A DNA stretch of 64,000 bases from Acidobacteriota bacterium (GTDB lineage: Bacteria > Acidobacteriota > UBA6911 > RPQK01 > JAJDTT01), in NCBI GenBank assembly GCA_965209055.1, contig OZ242374.1, positions 2,496,001 through 2,560,000 of the forward strand, given 5' to 3'. Shown one piece after another: positions 39,187 to 49,603 of the stretch (position 1 is its first letter; every line of letters starts with the position of its first letter). The translations under genes and the position numbers were made by a program. The notes beneath the pieces were generated by a model that was given only the letters and a program-made list of their open reading frames with translations, searched no databases and was not told where the DNA came from.

Positions 39187-40958
39187 CCGGGCGGCTCCGA
39201 TGGTCTCTCCTCGCTCTCGTCTTGCTCACCGGCACCGCCGGCGCCCGGGACGAAGGACGGCTCCTGGAGCACCTGCGCTATCTTGCCTCCGACGAGTTGG
39301 AGGGCCGGGGCAACGGGTCGCCCGGCATGGAGCTGGCGGCGCGCTACGTGGCGATGGAGCTCCGGCGGATCGGCGTGGAGCCGGCCGGGTCCGACGGCAC
39401 GTACTTTCAGCCCTTTACCATCACCACGGGCCAGGACCTGGGTCCAAACAACCGACTGGAGATCCGGGGGCCCGAGAACGTTCGAGAGCTTTCAATCGGC
39501 CCTGAGTACCAACTGCTGACCTACGGTCCGAATCCAACCGTCTCCGGAGAGCTCTTCTTCGCCGGTTTCGGAATCACGGCGGACGAACCCAAGTACGACG
39601 ACTACGGCGACTGGGACGTTCGAGGCCGGGTGATCGTGGCGTTCGAGCACGAACCCCAGGAACGATTGGCCTCCAGCCCGTTTCACGGCAAGAACCTGAC
39701 GTCTTATTCGACGGTGACCCACAAGGCGCTCAACGCCAGAAGCCGCGGCGCCGCGGCGCTGATCCTGATTCCCGATCGATTCAATCATCCGAAGCAACGC
39801 TCCCGGCAGGCCACGCAACTCGAGAAGGTGGCCAACATGGGCATCCCCACCGTTCGCCTGACCGGACGTTTGGGCGAGCGCCTGCTCCGGGAGGCTGGAC
39901 GGGACCCGTCGGAAATCGACCGCTGGATCCACCATCACCTCACCCCCTATTCGTTCCCCATGGACGGGATTTCCATCCGCCTGGATGTGGACGTGGTGCC
40001 GGTCCGTCACCGGGTAAAGAACGTCGTTGGCGTCGTACCCGGCGAATCGGAGGAAGCGGTGGTGATCGGCGCTCACTACGACCACCTGGGTTTCGGGGAC
40101 GAATCCTCCCTGGCGGAACAGCACCTGGGTCAGATCCACAATGGGGCGGATGACAATGCTTCCGGGGTGGCCGCGCTACTGGTGCTCGCCCGCGACCTGT
40201 CGGCGGCCCGGCCCGGCCGCACCATCGTTTTCGCCGCATTTGCAGCCGAGGAACTGGGACTCCTGGGCTCCCGCCACTACGTGCAGCATCCGCCTTTGCC
40301 GCTGGAACGAACCGTGGCCATGGTGAACCTGGACATGATCGGACGCAGCGACGGCGACGTGCTCATTGGAGGAGTGGGCACGGCAAAGGAGTTTCGCGAC
40401 CTGCTCCACGACGTAGAGGCGCACACACCGTTGACCTTCAAATACGCCAGCACTCCCCGGGGTTCGAGCGACCATCTCTCTTTCGCCTCGGCGGGAATCC
40501 CGGTCCTCTTCTTCTTTACGGGCCTGCACCCCGACTACCACAAGCCGTCCGACGACTGGGAGAAGATCGACCTGGTCCGAACCTGGCAGGTGGTGGAGGC
40601 CGTGCGTAAGACCGTGGAGCGGCTGAGCCGTCTGGAGAGCCGGCCCCGGTACGTGGACCTCCGGCAGGGGAGGATGCCGCTCGACGACCGGCCCTGGCTG
40701 GGTATCGCCCCCGACATGAGCTGGACGCTGGGCGGCATCCAGATCGCACAGGTCCTGAGCTGGAGTCCAGCCCACGAGGCGGGATTGGAGGAGAAGGACG
40801 TGCTGGTGGAATTCGGCGGGCGGGTGATACGCAATCTCCGGGACCTGCGCAACCTGATCCGGTCACGGAAGCCGGGAGATCAGGTCAAGATCCTGGTGCT
40901 ACGACGAGGGCAACTAGTCGAGGTGACCGCCCGGCTCGACCGGCGGTCCGCACGGTAA
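39183..40958 (+). CDS. M28 peptidase with PA and PDZ domains
   Basis: YLASDELEGRG, GAHYDHLG, NGADDNASG, AEELGLLGS, NLDMIG, SDH, C-terminal PDZ. Confidence 0.92.
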   Translation: MTGRLRWSLLALVLLTGTAGARDEGRLLEHLRYLASDELEGRGNGSPGMELAARYVAMELRRIGVEPAGSDGTYFQPFTITTGQDLGPNNRLEIRGPENVRELSIGPEYQLLTYGPNPTVSGELFFAGFGITADEPKYDDYGDWDVRGRVIVAFEHEPQERLASSPFHGKNLTSYSTVTHKALNARSRGAAALILIPDRFNHPKQRSRQATQLEKVANMGIPTVRLTGRLGERLLREAGRDPSEIDRWIHHHLTPYSFPMDGISIRLDVDVVPVRHRVKNVVGVVPGESEEAVVIGAHYDHLGFGDESSLAEQHLGQIHNGADDNASGVAALLVLARDLSAARPGRTIVFAAFAAEELGLLGSRHYVQHPPLPLERTVAMVNLDMIGRSDGDVLIGGVGTAKEFRDLLHDVEAHTPLTFKYASTPRGSSDHLSFASAGIPVLFFFTGLHPDYHKPSDDWEKIDLVRTWQVVEAVRKTVERLSRLESRPRYVDLRQGRMPLDDRPWLGIAPDMSWTLGGIQIAQVLSWSPAHEAGLEEKDVLVEFGGRVIRNLRDLRNLIRSRKPGDQVKILVLRRGQLVEVTARLDRRSAR

Positions 40959-41062
40959 GCGCTCGGCTCTGCGATCAGAGGCTGGGGGCTCGAAGCGCAG
41001 ATTTCGCCAATTCCTCACGGTTCCTGAGACCCTCTCCCCAGCAGGCTTAAACGCCTCCCTCG

Positions 41063-41845
41063 TCATCCACAGTCCAGGACACGTTTGCCGAGCGGCTGCA
41101 CGGTCCGAAAGTTGTTCGGATAGACGGCGCCGAACGCGGCGATCTGCTCCGGCGACATCGTGAGGGGCTCGGTCAGGACGGTCCAATTGACGCCTTCGGT
41201 GCAGGGTGGAGTCGTGAGCGATCCCCGGTAGCGCCACGTGGTTCGGGTAGCCGGCAGCAACGCCGCCAGGTCGAGCTCGCCCGAAACCACGTGCGAGGCC
41301 GTCGGTTCGGTCGGAAAGTTTGCCCAGACCGGAGCCAGAGCTTCGTTCGCCGGTCCTTCCTGGAACAGGATTCCGACCACCGCCAGCGAGCCGCCATCAT
41401 TTTGATGCACCAAGTGCATCTCCAAGGGGAATTGAATGCCGTCAACCGTATGCTCGCTGGCATGGTGGAAGTGGAACTGCAGCAGTTCGAAGCGTACCCC
41501 GCTGAGGACGGTGGCGCTGCCGGGGTCCGGGTTCACCTGAATCGTGTGCCCGTTATTCTCGACGGCGATGCGGGTCCGCCGGTATTCAAACTCGATCGCC
41601 ATCGGATCGGCATTCCGGTCGGCGGTCAGATCGATGGGAGACTGCTCTTCGCCCATGGCGCACACGCTGAACGCCGGGTCGAGCGTGCCCCAGTGCGCCG
41701 GGCCGTTGTGCGGCTCATACCCCCATGACGATTCGGTATGTTGCGATGCATCTTCGCCCCCGACGGGTGCCGGCTCTTCCGCGCTCTGGCAGCCGAACGG
41801 CGCCAAGGCGACGATGGCGATTGCGGATAAGATACTTCGTGTCAT
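41063..41845 (-). CDS. Alpha-carbonic anhydrase, lipoprotein-like
   Basis: WGY..GPAHWG, QSPID, NNGHTIQ, QFHFH..SEH, EMHLVH, GSLTTPPCTEGV. Confidence 0.93.
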   Translation of the reverse strand: MTRSILSAIAIVALAPFGCQSAEEPAPVGGEDASQHTESSWGYEPHNGPAHWGTLDPAFSVCAMGEEQSPIDLTADRNADPMAIEFEYRRTRIAVENNGHTIQVNPDPGSATVLSGVRFELLQFHFHHASEHTVDGIQFPLEMHLVHQNDGGSLAVVGILFQEGPANEALAPVWANFPTEPTASHVVSGELDLAALLPATRTTWRYRGSLTTPPCTEGVNWTVLTEPLTMSPEQIAAFGAVYPNNFRTVQPLGKRVLDCG

Positions 41846-42020
41846 TTTCCCTCCGATTCTCTGTTGTCAACTTGAGAGCCTACAGTATCCGATGCCGGAC
41901 GACCCCTTTGAAGAACTCGTCGCCGAACCTGGTCATGAATTCCCAAATGACGCCTGCGCCGAGCCGGATGGCAACGGTATCTTACACCGGCGTCCCGGAG
42001 CCTTGTTGCTGGTCCCGATC

Positions 42021-42464
42021 TTAGCCTTTCCGGACCCACGCCCTGACACGTTTCACGTGGGTCCATGGCCGCAACATCGCGGAAATAACATCGCATACGA
42101 TCCCCTGCTCATCCACAAGGAATGTGACGCGCCCGGGCAGCCCCCATGAATAGGCTCCGTACAGGCGACGAACGACATTTCCCGGGTCGCTGGCGATCTG
42201 AAAGGGCAGGGCCTGGCATTCGGCAAATTTACGGTGCGAGTCTACGCTGGCGCTGTTGATGCCGATCACCTCCACCCCCAGTTCGACCAGGTCTTCATGA
42301 ATATCTCGGAGACCGCGAACCTGGAGGGTGCACCCCGGGGAATCGTCCGCCGGATAGAAAAACAGAACCACCTTCCGGCCGCGTAACGAACTCAGCCGGA
42401 GAGAATCATTCTTCGTTGTCTTCAGAACGAAGTCGGGTGCGGTGTCACCGGCGGAAACGGCCAC
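42021..42464 (-). CDS. bcp: Peroxiredoxin (BCP/PrxQ family)
   Basis: LFFYPADDSPGCT, GRVTFLVD. Confidence 0.8.
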   Translation of the reverse strand: MAVSAGDTAPDFVLKTTKNDSLRLSSLRGRKVVLFFYPADDSPGCTLQVRGLRDIHEDLVELGVEVIGINSASVDSHRKFAECQALPFQIASDPGNVVRRLYGAYSWGLPGRVTFLVDEQGIVCDVISAMLRPWTHVKRVRAWVRKG

Positions 42465-42629
42465 AGTGTGAAATGCCTGTCAAACCGGGACGAACGAAAC
42501 GACGAAAGACACGGAAGAGCCGATTGGCCGGTGCGAAGCACGCGCCTCCAGGATGAGTCGGGTCAGGAAGAATTGTCTGGTCAGCGGGCTCACAGCGCGG
42601 CTGGGCCGAAAAGTCAAACGTCGAACCGG

Positions 42630-43058
42630 CTAATCGGCGGAATCCTGCGTGCGGTCGCCCATATCGACGGTGCCTTTGAAGTTGGAACCCTCTTTCAGAA
42701 TGACTTCGGGAGCGATCAGCTTGCCTCGGACGCATCCCGTTTCACTCAAGAGAATCTGTTCCTCTCCCCGAAGGAGGCCGTCTACATAACCATCAACCCG
42801 AATCACCCTGGCCAGGAGGTCGGCCTTGATCCGGCCTTCCTTCCCCACTGTGATGTTGCACCCGGTCAGGGAGAGCTGTCCTTCGACACGACCCTTGATG
42901 ACCATATCCTGCGATCCGCTCACCTCCCCCTTGATGGTGATGCTGGAGCCGATGACGGATCGGTTCCCGTTTCGCCCCCCGGCATCCGGCTGGGTAGAAA
43001 TTCGAGGTAGAGTCCCTCGGGACGCTTTCAATGGCTCCGGCGAATCCTTTTCCCACAT
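42630..43058 (-). CDS. Bactofilin (polymer-forming cytoskeletal protein)
   Basis: SVIGSSITIKGEVSG..DMVIKGRVEG, EGSNFKGTVDM. Confidence 0.88.
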   Translation of the reverse strand: MWEKDSPEPLKASRGTLPRISTQPDAGGRNGNRSVIGSSITIKGEVSGSQDMVIKGRVEGQLSLTGCNITVGKEGRIKADLLARVIRVDGYVDGLLRGEEQILLSETGCVRGKLIAPEVILKEGSNFKGTVDMGDRTQDSAD

Positions 43059-43412
43059 GTATTACTCCCTTCGGCGCAAACCCACATTAGGATAGATGAC
43101 ATCCCTGTCATCTCTTTGTGGTCTTTCCTGCACTGGGCTGATCAGCCCGGCCCTGGGGTTGGACAATCCGAAAATACCGGCGCCGCGTCAGCGAGCCGGG
43201 ACGATGTTCACGGTCACCGCAGATACTGCGGGCTGCTGGACATCCACCCGGTACGCAACAAAAACAGAGCAGGAAACGACAACGGATAAGGCAAAGACGT
43301 GGAAGATGCAGCCCCCCCGTTCCCGTTAGCCTCAGCGTTGAAACCAGTGGTGGATCCGCGTCGCGGTCGACCGCGGTGCTACAGACCGTTGGGCTCAAAA
43401 AGGGAACCCCGT

Positions 43413-43784
43413 ATGTCGAAGAAACCTTCTGAATTCAGTCATCACATCCGGCGTGAGGGCAACGTCGTCATTGTCGCGCTGCGGGGACATCTGGATGGCT
43501 TTGCCGCGATGGAACTAAAGCCGGTAATTGACGAACTGCTCAGCGGAGGCGCCATGATTGTCGTCTTTGCCTGCCGTGAGCTTAGCTACACAGGCCTGAT
43601 CGGCTACCAGGTCGTGCTCACCACAGCCAAGAAGCTACAACGGCGCAAAGGGCGTTTCGCAATGTGCGGCCTGGCACCCGACCTGAAGGAAATCTTCCAG
43701 TTGGCCGGAAGGATGAGTCCGGACATTCCGATCTTCGGCTCCTTGGACGAAGCTCTGGCCGCCATCAGGAATGACTGCAAGTAG
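43413..43784 (+). CDS. STAS-domain anti-sigma factor antagonist
   Basis: VIVALRGHLD, LKEIFQLAG, IFGSLDEAL. Confidence 0.8.
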   Translation: MSKKPSEFSHHIRREGNVVIVALRGHLDGFAAMELKPVIDELLSGGAMIVVFACRELSYTGLIGYQVVLTTAKKLQRRKGRFAMCGLAPDLKEIFQLAGRMSPDIPIFGSLDEALAAIRNDCK

Positions 43785-43813
43785 ACCTCGACCTTTCCCT
43801 TGATCGGCGGCCG

Positions 43814-44707
43814 TTACGGGCGGCGTTCTCGATACGCTCCCGGCGTGGCGCCGACAAGTTGCTTGAACCGCTTTGTGAAGTGCGCCTGTGATGAAAACCC
43901 CAAATCGTAGGCAATTGCGGCAAGCGGGCGCCCTTTGGCAATCCAGGACTTTGCCCTTTCGATCCGGAGCTCCGTGATGTATCTGTGCGGCGCCAACCCT
44001 GTTGCGGCCTTGAAGGCGCGAGCGAAATGGAAAGGACTCAGGCAGGCCTCCTTCGCCATCGTCTCGATAGTCAGGTTTCGACCGAGATTGCATTCGATGA
44101 AATCCTTGACGCGCCGGAGGCGTTGGGGGTCGAGTGCGCCGCGGACTTCCGGCAGCGAAATCCTTGCCGACTCCAGGTTGGAATGATGTCGGAGGACGTG
44201 AACGCCAAGAGCGGACGTCAGGTTTTCGACCAGCATTTTCCCAGCCGGCGTGGGGTCGAGCATCTCGGCGCGGATGTTAAGCGCAATCTGTTCGATCAGG
44301 GGATCTCGAAAGCCGCCATCGTAACGCAGGCTGATTCTGTCGGGGTCGACGTCTAGTTCGCGAATGGCGGTTTCGGCCAGCGGCAACGCGGGAAGGAAGA
44401 GGTGGAGACTCTCTCGGACCTCTCCATAGAGATGGATCATATCCTCGTAAACGCCCGCTGGACACACCCAGATCGTGCCCGGGACCGCGTCGCAATGCTG
44501 AATCCGGCCGTCGCCGCGCCGCCTGACGGGCAGTTGGCCCCGAATCAGGACGATGACTTCAGTGTCGCGGACCTCGACTTCGCCGAGTTCGCCTTCCGAG
44601 TGACGCCAGCATTCCGCCCGCAGGCCCTTCCATCCCCGGTCTTCACTGGTCCTGAGCCGCGTCCCGGTTGTGTATTTCGCGCGTTCATGTCCACCGATGT
44701 AGGGCAC
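43814..44707 (-). CDS. AraC-family transcriptional regulator
   Basis: LSPFHFARAFKAATG, GFSSQAHFTKRFKQLVGATPG. Confidence 0.92.
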   Translation of the reverse strand: MPYIGGHERAKYTTGTRLRTSEDRGWKGLRAECWRHSEGELGEVEVRDTEVIVLIRGQLPVRRRGDGRIQHCDAVPGTIWVCPAGVYEDMIHLYGEVRESLHLFLPALPLAETAIRELDVDPDRISLRYDGGFRDPLIEQIALNIRAEMLDPTPAGKMLVENLTSALGVHVLRHHSNLESARISLPEVRGALDPQRLRRVKDFIECNLGRNLTIETMAKEACLSPFHFARAFKAATGLAPHRYITELRIERAKSWIAKGRPLAAIAYDLGFSSQAHFTKRFKQLVGATPGAYRERRP

Positions 44708-45027
44708 TGTTCTTACCTATTGTAAATAAGTAAGGGACCCGCGCGGCTGCGTATTCCAGTTCCTTGCCGCACACGTTGTCATTGTTTGCTCTGTGTCGTG
44801 ACAGTCCGGACGGATCGGGTGGAAACCGCTCCGATCCTACGGTGGCATTTATCTTCGGATACAGGGGTGGGTCCCGGGAGATCCCTGTACGCTGCGTAAT
44901 GCGCCGGTGGATCGCGGCTTATCTCGAGGGGTGCGGGTTGCCCGAAACTCCTCTCGTCCCACTCCGTCCGGATCCTGGTGATCACGGATCCGGTGAGACA
45001 GAAGGCAGCGCACATCGCTGCCGCAGA

Positions 45028-45552
45028 CTAGATGAAATTATCTTCGTCCGTGGTGTAGACGTCGGCGGGCCGCCGGCTCCGGCCGAACCATTTTTCGACG
45101 ATCGACCGGCCGGTTTGAATCAAGTCCGAAATCTGCCGTGTCGGCGCCATGATGGTACGGTGGATGCGGTAGGTTTCCTTGGAGATCCGGTTCAGGGCCC
45201 TGTTCATCTGGGAGGCTGCTTCCTGGGCGCCTGCCCGCATCTTCTCCAGGCTCCTGACGGTCTGTCCCTCGATCTCCCGGACTGAATCGCGGACGGTGTC
45301 CGAATGTCCGGTGGCCTCGCTGGCCCATCCGGACACCATCTTCAGCACGGGAATCATTTCCTCCAATCCGTCGTCGGCCTTCCTCACTGCTCGCCGAAGC
45401 CGCCGGGACGTCCGGGTCAGTTCCTGGCACAATGAGCCGAGACCGCGCAGTGTGGCGGTCAGCAGGAAGCTGGTGAAAAGAGTCTGCACGATGACGAGCA
45501 CCGTCATGATGACGACACCGATCACCAAGGTTTGGGAGAGTTCGGACCCCAT
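45028..45552 (-). CDS. Hypothetical protein with TM segment and coiled coil
   Basis: N-terminal TM segment followed by a long helical region. Confidence 0.6.
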   Translation of the reverse strand: MGSELSQTLVIGVVIMTVLVIVQTLFTSFLLTATLRGLGSLCQELTRTSRRLRRAVRKADDGLEEMIPVLKMVSGWASEATGHSDTVRDSVREIEGQTVRSLEKMRAGAQEAASQMNRALNRISKETYRIHRTIMAPTRQISDLIQTGRSIVEKWFGRSRRPADVYTTDEDNFI

Positions 45553-45647
45553 GCCGGGAAGAAACGTATCACATGCCCCTGGGACCGGGAAGAGTCCTCT
45601 GAGGACCCTTCACCCGGACGCGGCCGGTGGTTGAGGGCCGGGCCGGG

Positions 45648-46799
45648 ATGGAACCGGATCTTCGCGCTCAGCTCACCCGCAGGATAAAGAGGAGGGCCCG
45701 CCGGCTGGGTTTTCACGGCGTAGGCGTCTCACCGGCGGACCCCGGACCCGGCGAGAAGCTCCGCGTCTGGCTGGAGCTCGGGTACCAGGGTTCCATGGCC
45801 TATCTGGAGCGCCAGGCCGAAAAAAGGCTCGATCCGGGAAGGGTCTTGCCGGGCGTCCGCTCCATGGTCTGCGTAGCCCTGGCCTATCCGCATTCCCAGC
45901 CGTTGCCCTACGACGATCCCGAGCGGGGAGTCATCTCCAGGTATGCCTCGGGGGACGACTACCACTCGGTCATGGGATCCCTCATGGCCCGGCTCCTGGA
46001 GTCGATCCGGGAGGAAGTGCCGGGAGTCGGAGCGAGATTCTACGTCGACAGCGGTCCGGTGATGGACAAGTACTGGGCGGCCCGGGCGGGTATCGGGTGG
46101 CTGGGAAAGCACACGAACCTACTGGACCGGAAGCTGGGATCGTGGTTTTTCCTGGGCGAGATCCTGCTGGATGTGGAGTTGGACCCTGACGAACCGGCTG
46201 TGGACCATTGCGGTTCCTGCACCCGCTGCATCGACGCCTGTCCCACGGACGCCATCGTCGAACCCTACCTGCTGGACAGCCGCCGCTGCATTTCCTATCT
46301 GACCATCGAGTTGAAGGAGGATATTCCCCAGGAGCTGCGTCAACCCATGGGCAACCTGGTCTTCGGCTGCGACATCTGCCAGGACGTCTGTCCCTGGAAC
46401 CATCCGGTTCCCGATTCCTCCGTCCCCGAACTGGCCCCCCGTCCCGTCAACCGCTCGCCCGAACTCCGGGAGCTGGCCCAGTTGTCGCCGGACGAATTCC
46501 GAGAACGATTCAGCGGCAGTCCCGTCAAGCGCGCCAAGTGGCGCGGTTTCGTCCGCAACGTGGCCGTGGCCATGGGCAACTCCGGCAACCCCGGTCTGGC
46601 GCCGGAGTTGACGAATCTGCTGAACTCGGAGGATCCCATGGTCAGGCGCCACGCGGGTTGGGCTCTGACGCGGTTGGGCACGGGCGAGGCGCTGGACGCT
46701 GTCCGCAGGCGTTGCTCCGAGGAGCCGGATTCTGAGACAAGAGCGACGCTGCGAGAACTGCTCGGCGGCGAGCCGGAGGATCCGCCGGGGGTCAGTTGA
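45648..46799 (+). CDS. queG: tRNA epoxyqueuosine reductase
   Basis: ISRYASGDDYH, GWLGKH, CGSCTRCIDACPT, RCISYLTIE, GCDICQDVCPWN. Confidence 0.95.
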   Translation: MEPDLRAQLTRRIKRRARRLGFHGVGVSPADPGPGEKLRVWLELGYQGSMAYLERQAEKRLDPGRVLPGVRSMVCVALAYPHSQPLPYDDPERGVISRYASGDDYHSVMGSLMARLLESIREEVPGVGARFYVDSGPVMDKYWAARAGIGWLGKHTNLLDRKLGSWFFLGEILLDVELDPDEPAVDHCGSCTRCIDACPTDAIVEPYLLDSRRCISYLTIELKEDIPQELRQPMGNLVFGCDICQDVCPWNHPVPDSSVPELAPRPVNRSPELRELAQLSPDEFRERFSGSPVKRAKWRGFVRNVAVAMGNSGNPGLAPELTNLLNSEDPMVRRHAGWALTRLGTGEALDAVRRRCSEEPDSETRATLRELLGGEPEDPPGVS

Positions 46800-47301
46800 T
46801 TCGGGTCGAGGAATGCTGTCCGACTCCGGCCGCGGCGGCGACCGGCGCCATCCTGCGCTCCAGGTCGGCCAGTTTCGCCCGGTTCGCCTCCAGCGTCTTG
46901 GGTTGGATGAGCTTGCCGGTAAACTCGACGTGCATGGTCCAAGCCTGTTCCACCTGTCCGCTGTCCGGATTCCGGTACCAGCCCGCCTCCCAGGTGCGCT
47001 TGTTGTTCAGATCCCAGGTGATGATCTGGCCCGGCTGGTAGCTCACCCGGGTCGGAACGACGTCCAGTTCCAGGATCTGGTCGTCGGGATCCAAAGGAAG
47101 AAGGACTGCGATGTGGGCATCGGAAATCCGCTTGCGGCACGCCGCGTCGGAGTACACGGGCAGATCGGTATAAAGGACCCGATAGGGCACGACCGGCATC
47201 TGGTCGGTTTCTTCCGGGGGCGCACCTAAATGGGCAATCGTCCTGTCGGCTTCATGGGACATTTCAAGATCCTCCCAGGCCGGCTCTTCCGGCGCCGGCA
47301 T
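46792..47301 (-). CDS. Hypothetical protein
   Basis: Globular-looking ORF convergent with queG; start uncertain. Confidence 0.55.
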   Translation of the reverse strand: MPAPEEPAWEDLEMSHEADRTIAHLGAPPEETDQMPVVPYRVLYTDLPVYSDAACRKRISDAHIAVLLPLDPDDQILELDVVPTRVSYQPGQIITWDLNNKRTWEAGWYRNPDSGQVEQAWTMHVEFTGKLIQPKTLEANRAKLADLERRMAPVAAAAGVGQHSSTRIN

Positions 47302-47517
47302 GAACGCGGCGCCCGGATCTCATGTGATCGCCACCGGCCGAATCGGAGGGGAATGATAGCAGAGGGGGACCGGGAAAGAGAAAAACGGAAACAAAATTAA
47401 AGAGTGTGCGCGAGCGGGTTGGTCACATGGAGGTGAGAGAGTTGCTCCCGACCTGGCCGGTGAGAGCGTCAACGGCCAGGGATGGAACCGGGATATCCAA
47501 CAACGGGTATTGACGGC

Positions 47518-48069
47518 ATGAGCAGATTCGTCGCCATCGATTTCGAGACCGCCAATGACAGCCGGGACAGTGCGTGTTCGGTGGGTCTCGTCGTGGGCCG
47601 CGACGGCGAGATCGAGGTGTCGCGGACGTTTCTGATTCGACCGCCGGCGCCGGAGTTCAGTTTCACCTGGGTTCATGGACTCGGATGGGAGGACGTTCGC
47701 CATGCGCCCACCTTCGGCGAACTCTGGCCGACTCTCCTTCCTTGGCTCGAGAGCGCGGAGTTCGTCGCGGCTCACAACGCGCCGTTCGACAGAAGCGTCC
47801 TCCAAGCCTGTTGCGCCGCCTATGGCGTCATGGCTCCCCGGAAGCCGTTTGTCTGCACGGTGCAGTTGGCGCGAAAGCAATGGGGAATCTACCCGACGAC
47901 GCTGCCGGACGTCTGCCGGCGGCTCCGCATCCCGCTGAGTCATCACGAATCGGGATCGGATGCGCAGGCGTGTGCGCGCATCGTCCTGGCCGCCCAGGCG
48001 GCGGGATGGAGTCGGCGGCGACCCCGTCGCCGGCGAAAACGATTCCGCAGGTCGCGCCGAAAAGGATGA
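47518..48069 (+). CDS. DEDDh 3'-5' exonuclease (DnaQ-like)
   Basis: FVAIDFETAN, AHNAPFD, HHESGSDAQACA. Confidence 0.9.
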   Translation: MSRFVAIDFETANDSRDSACSVGLVVGRDGEIEVSRTFLIRPPAPEFSFTWVHGLGWEDVRHAPTFGELWPTLLPWLESAEFVAAHNAPFDRSVLQACCAAYGVMAPRKPFVCTVQLARKQWGIYPTTLPDVCRRLRIPLSHHESGSDAQACARIVLAAQAAGWSRRRPRRRRKRFRRSRRKG

Positions 48070-48135
48070 AATGAACAACAATCCTTGAAAATATGTAGGT
48101 GACCTGCCGATTTTCAAGGATTATAATGTTCTGCC

Positions 48136-49311
48136 ATGCTGATCGAGCGGCCGGCCCCTTTGCGACGAATCGAAGAGGCGTTCGTCGTCCATCCGGTCGT
48201 AGCCCTGACCGGACCGCGGCAATGTGGGAAGACGACTCTCGCGCGGGTGATCGTACAGGATTCAACTTCCAGCACGTATTTCGATTTGGAAGCAGAGGTG
48301 GACCGGCGGCGTCTTGAAACGCCGGAATATTCTCTTGGCAGCCTCACCGGGCTCGTCGTCATCGACGAAGTGCAACGTCGGCCGGAGTTGTTCGAGACTC
48401 TGCGGGTGCTGGTTGACCGGCCGAATCACGCCGCGCGCTTTCTGGTGCTGGGAAGCGCCTCTCCCGTGCTGGTGAAAGGGGTGTCAGAATCGCTGGCGGG
48501 TCGCGTCGGGTTGGTCGGTCTTTCCGGATTCGATATCGGCGAGGTGGCTGCCGCATCCTGGCGCCGGCTCTGGCTGCGGGGCGGCTTTCCCCGCTCCTAT
48601 TTGGCGCCTGATCTGTCGGCGTCCGCACTCTGGCGCACGAATTTCGTCAGCACTTTCCTTGAACGTGACATTCCGCAGTTGGGGATCACGATCCCAGCCG
48701 AAACCCTTCGCCGTTTCTGGACCATGATCGCCCACTACCATGGCCAGGTCTGGAACTCGGCCGAGTTGGCGCGTGCACTCGGCGCCAATCAGCGCACCGC
48801 ACGCCGATACCTGGACATCCTTGCCGGAGCGTTCATGGTGCGGGTGTTGCCGCCGTGGGTTCCCAATCTCCGAAAGCGGCAGGTCAAGTCGCCCAAGGTC
48901 TACCTGCGCGATACCGGCCTGCTGCACACTCTGCTCGGCCTGACCAGCGAACAGGACGTGGCCGGACATCCCAAAGTCGGAGCGTCGTTCGAAGGATTCG
49001 CCATCGAGCAGTTGCTGGCTGTTCTGGCAACCGGCAACGTTTATTTCTGGGCCACGCACGCGGGCGCTGAACTCGATCTGCTGTTTACCCGCTCCGGCAA
49101 AAACTTCGGTGTGGAGGTCAAGCTGGCGGATGCTCCCCGCACTACCAAGTCGATGCGAGTGGCGATCGCGGACTTGCAATTGCAACATCTTTGGATCGTA
49201 TACCCTGGCAACGAAACCTATTCCCTGGATGATCGGATCACGGTCCTCCCGGTCTCGCGAGTGCCCGAGTTTGCAACCGGTTTGCCTGGGGTGAGTGGCG
49301 GTTTTGGATGA
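48136..49311 (+). CDS. AAA+ ATPase with DUF4143 domain
   Basis: GPRQCGKTT, IDEVQ, RGGFP, KSPKVYLRDTG, ELDLL, VEVK. Confidence 0.9.
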   Translation: MLIERPAPLRRIEEAFVVHPVVALTGPRQCGKTTLARVIVQDSTSSTYFDLEAEVDRRRLETPEYSLGSLTGLVVIDEVQRRPELFETLRVLVDRPNHAARFLVLGSASPVLVKGVSESLAGRVGLVGLSGFDIGEVAAASWRRLWLRGGFPRSYLAPDLSASALWRTNFVSTFLERDIPQLGITIPAETLRRFWTMIAHYHGQVWNSAELARALGANQRTARRYLDILAGAFMVRVLPPWVPNLRKRQVKSPKVYLRDTGLLHTLLGLTSEQDVAGHPKVGASFEGFAIEQLLAVLATGNVYFWATHAGAELDLLFTRSGKNFGVEVKLADAPRTTKSMRVAIADLQLQHLWIVYPGNETYSLDDRITVLPVSRVPEFATGLPGVSGGFG

Positions 49312-49351
49312 GTCCATCGTCGCCGCAACAAGCCCTGAGGAGGATTTTGAC

Positions 49352-49603
49352 ATGAAGAAGAACGTCAGCGTCTATCCGTTGCGTTTGCCTGCGTCCCTGA
49401 AGGCGGCCGTCGCCGAGATCAGCAGAGAAGAGGGCACGAGCATCAATCAGTTCGTGGCCATGGCCGTCGCCGAAAAGATCTCCGCCATGAAAACCGCTGA
49501 ATTCTTCACCGCCCGGGGCGCCGAAGCCGATATTGAGGCGGCACGCCGCCTCGTTCGTCGTGACGGGGGCCAATCGCCGGCGCCCGATGACCACCTGGAA
49601 TGA
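49352..49603 (+). CDS. HicB-like/RHH antitoxin (orphan)
   Basis: YPLRLPASLKAAV..EGTSINQFVAMAVAEKISA. Confidence 0.8.
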   Translation: MKKNVSVYPLRLPASLKAAVAEISREEGTSINQFVAMAVAEKISAMKTAEFFTARGAEADIEAARRLVRRDGGQSPAPDDHLE

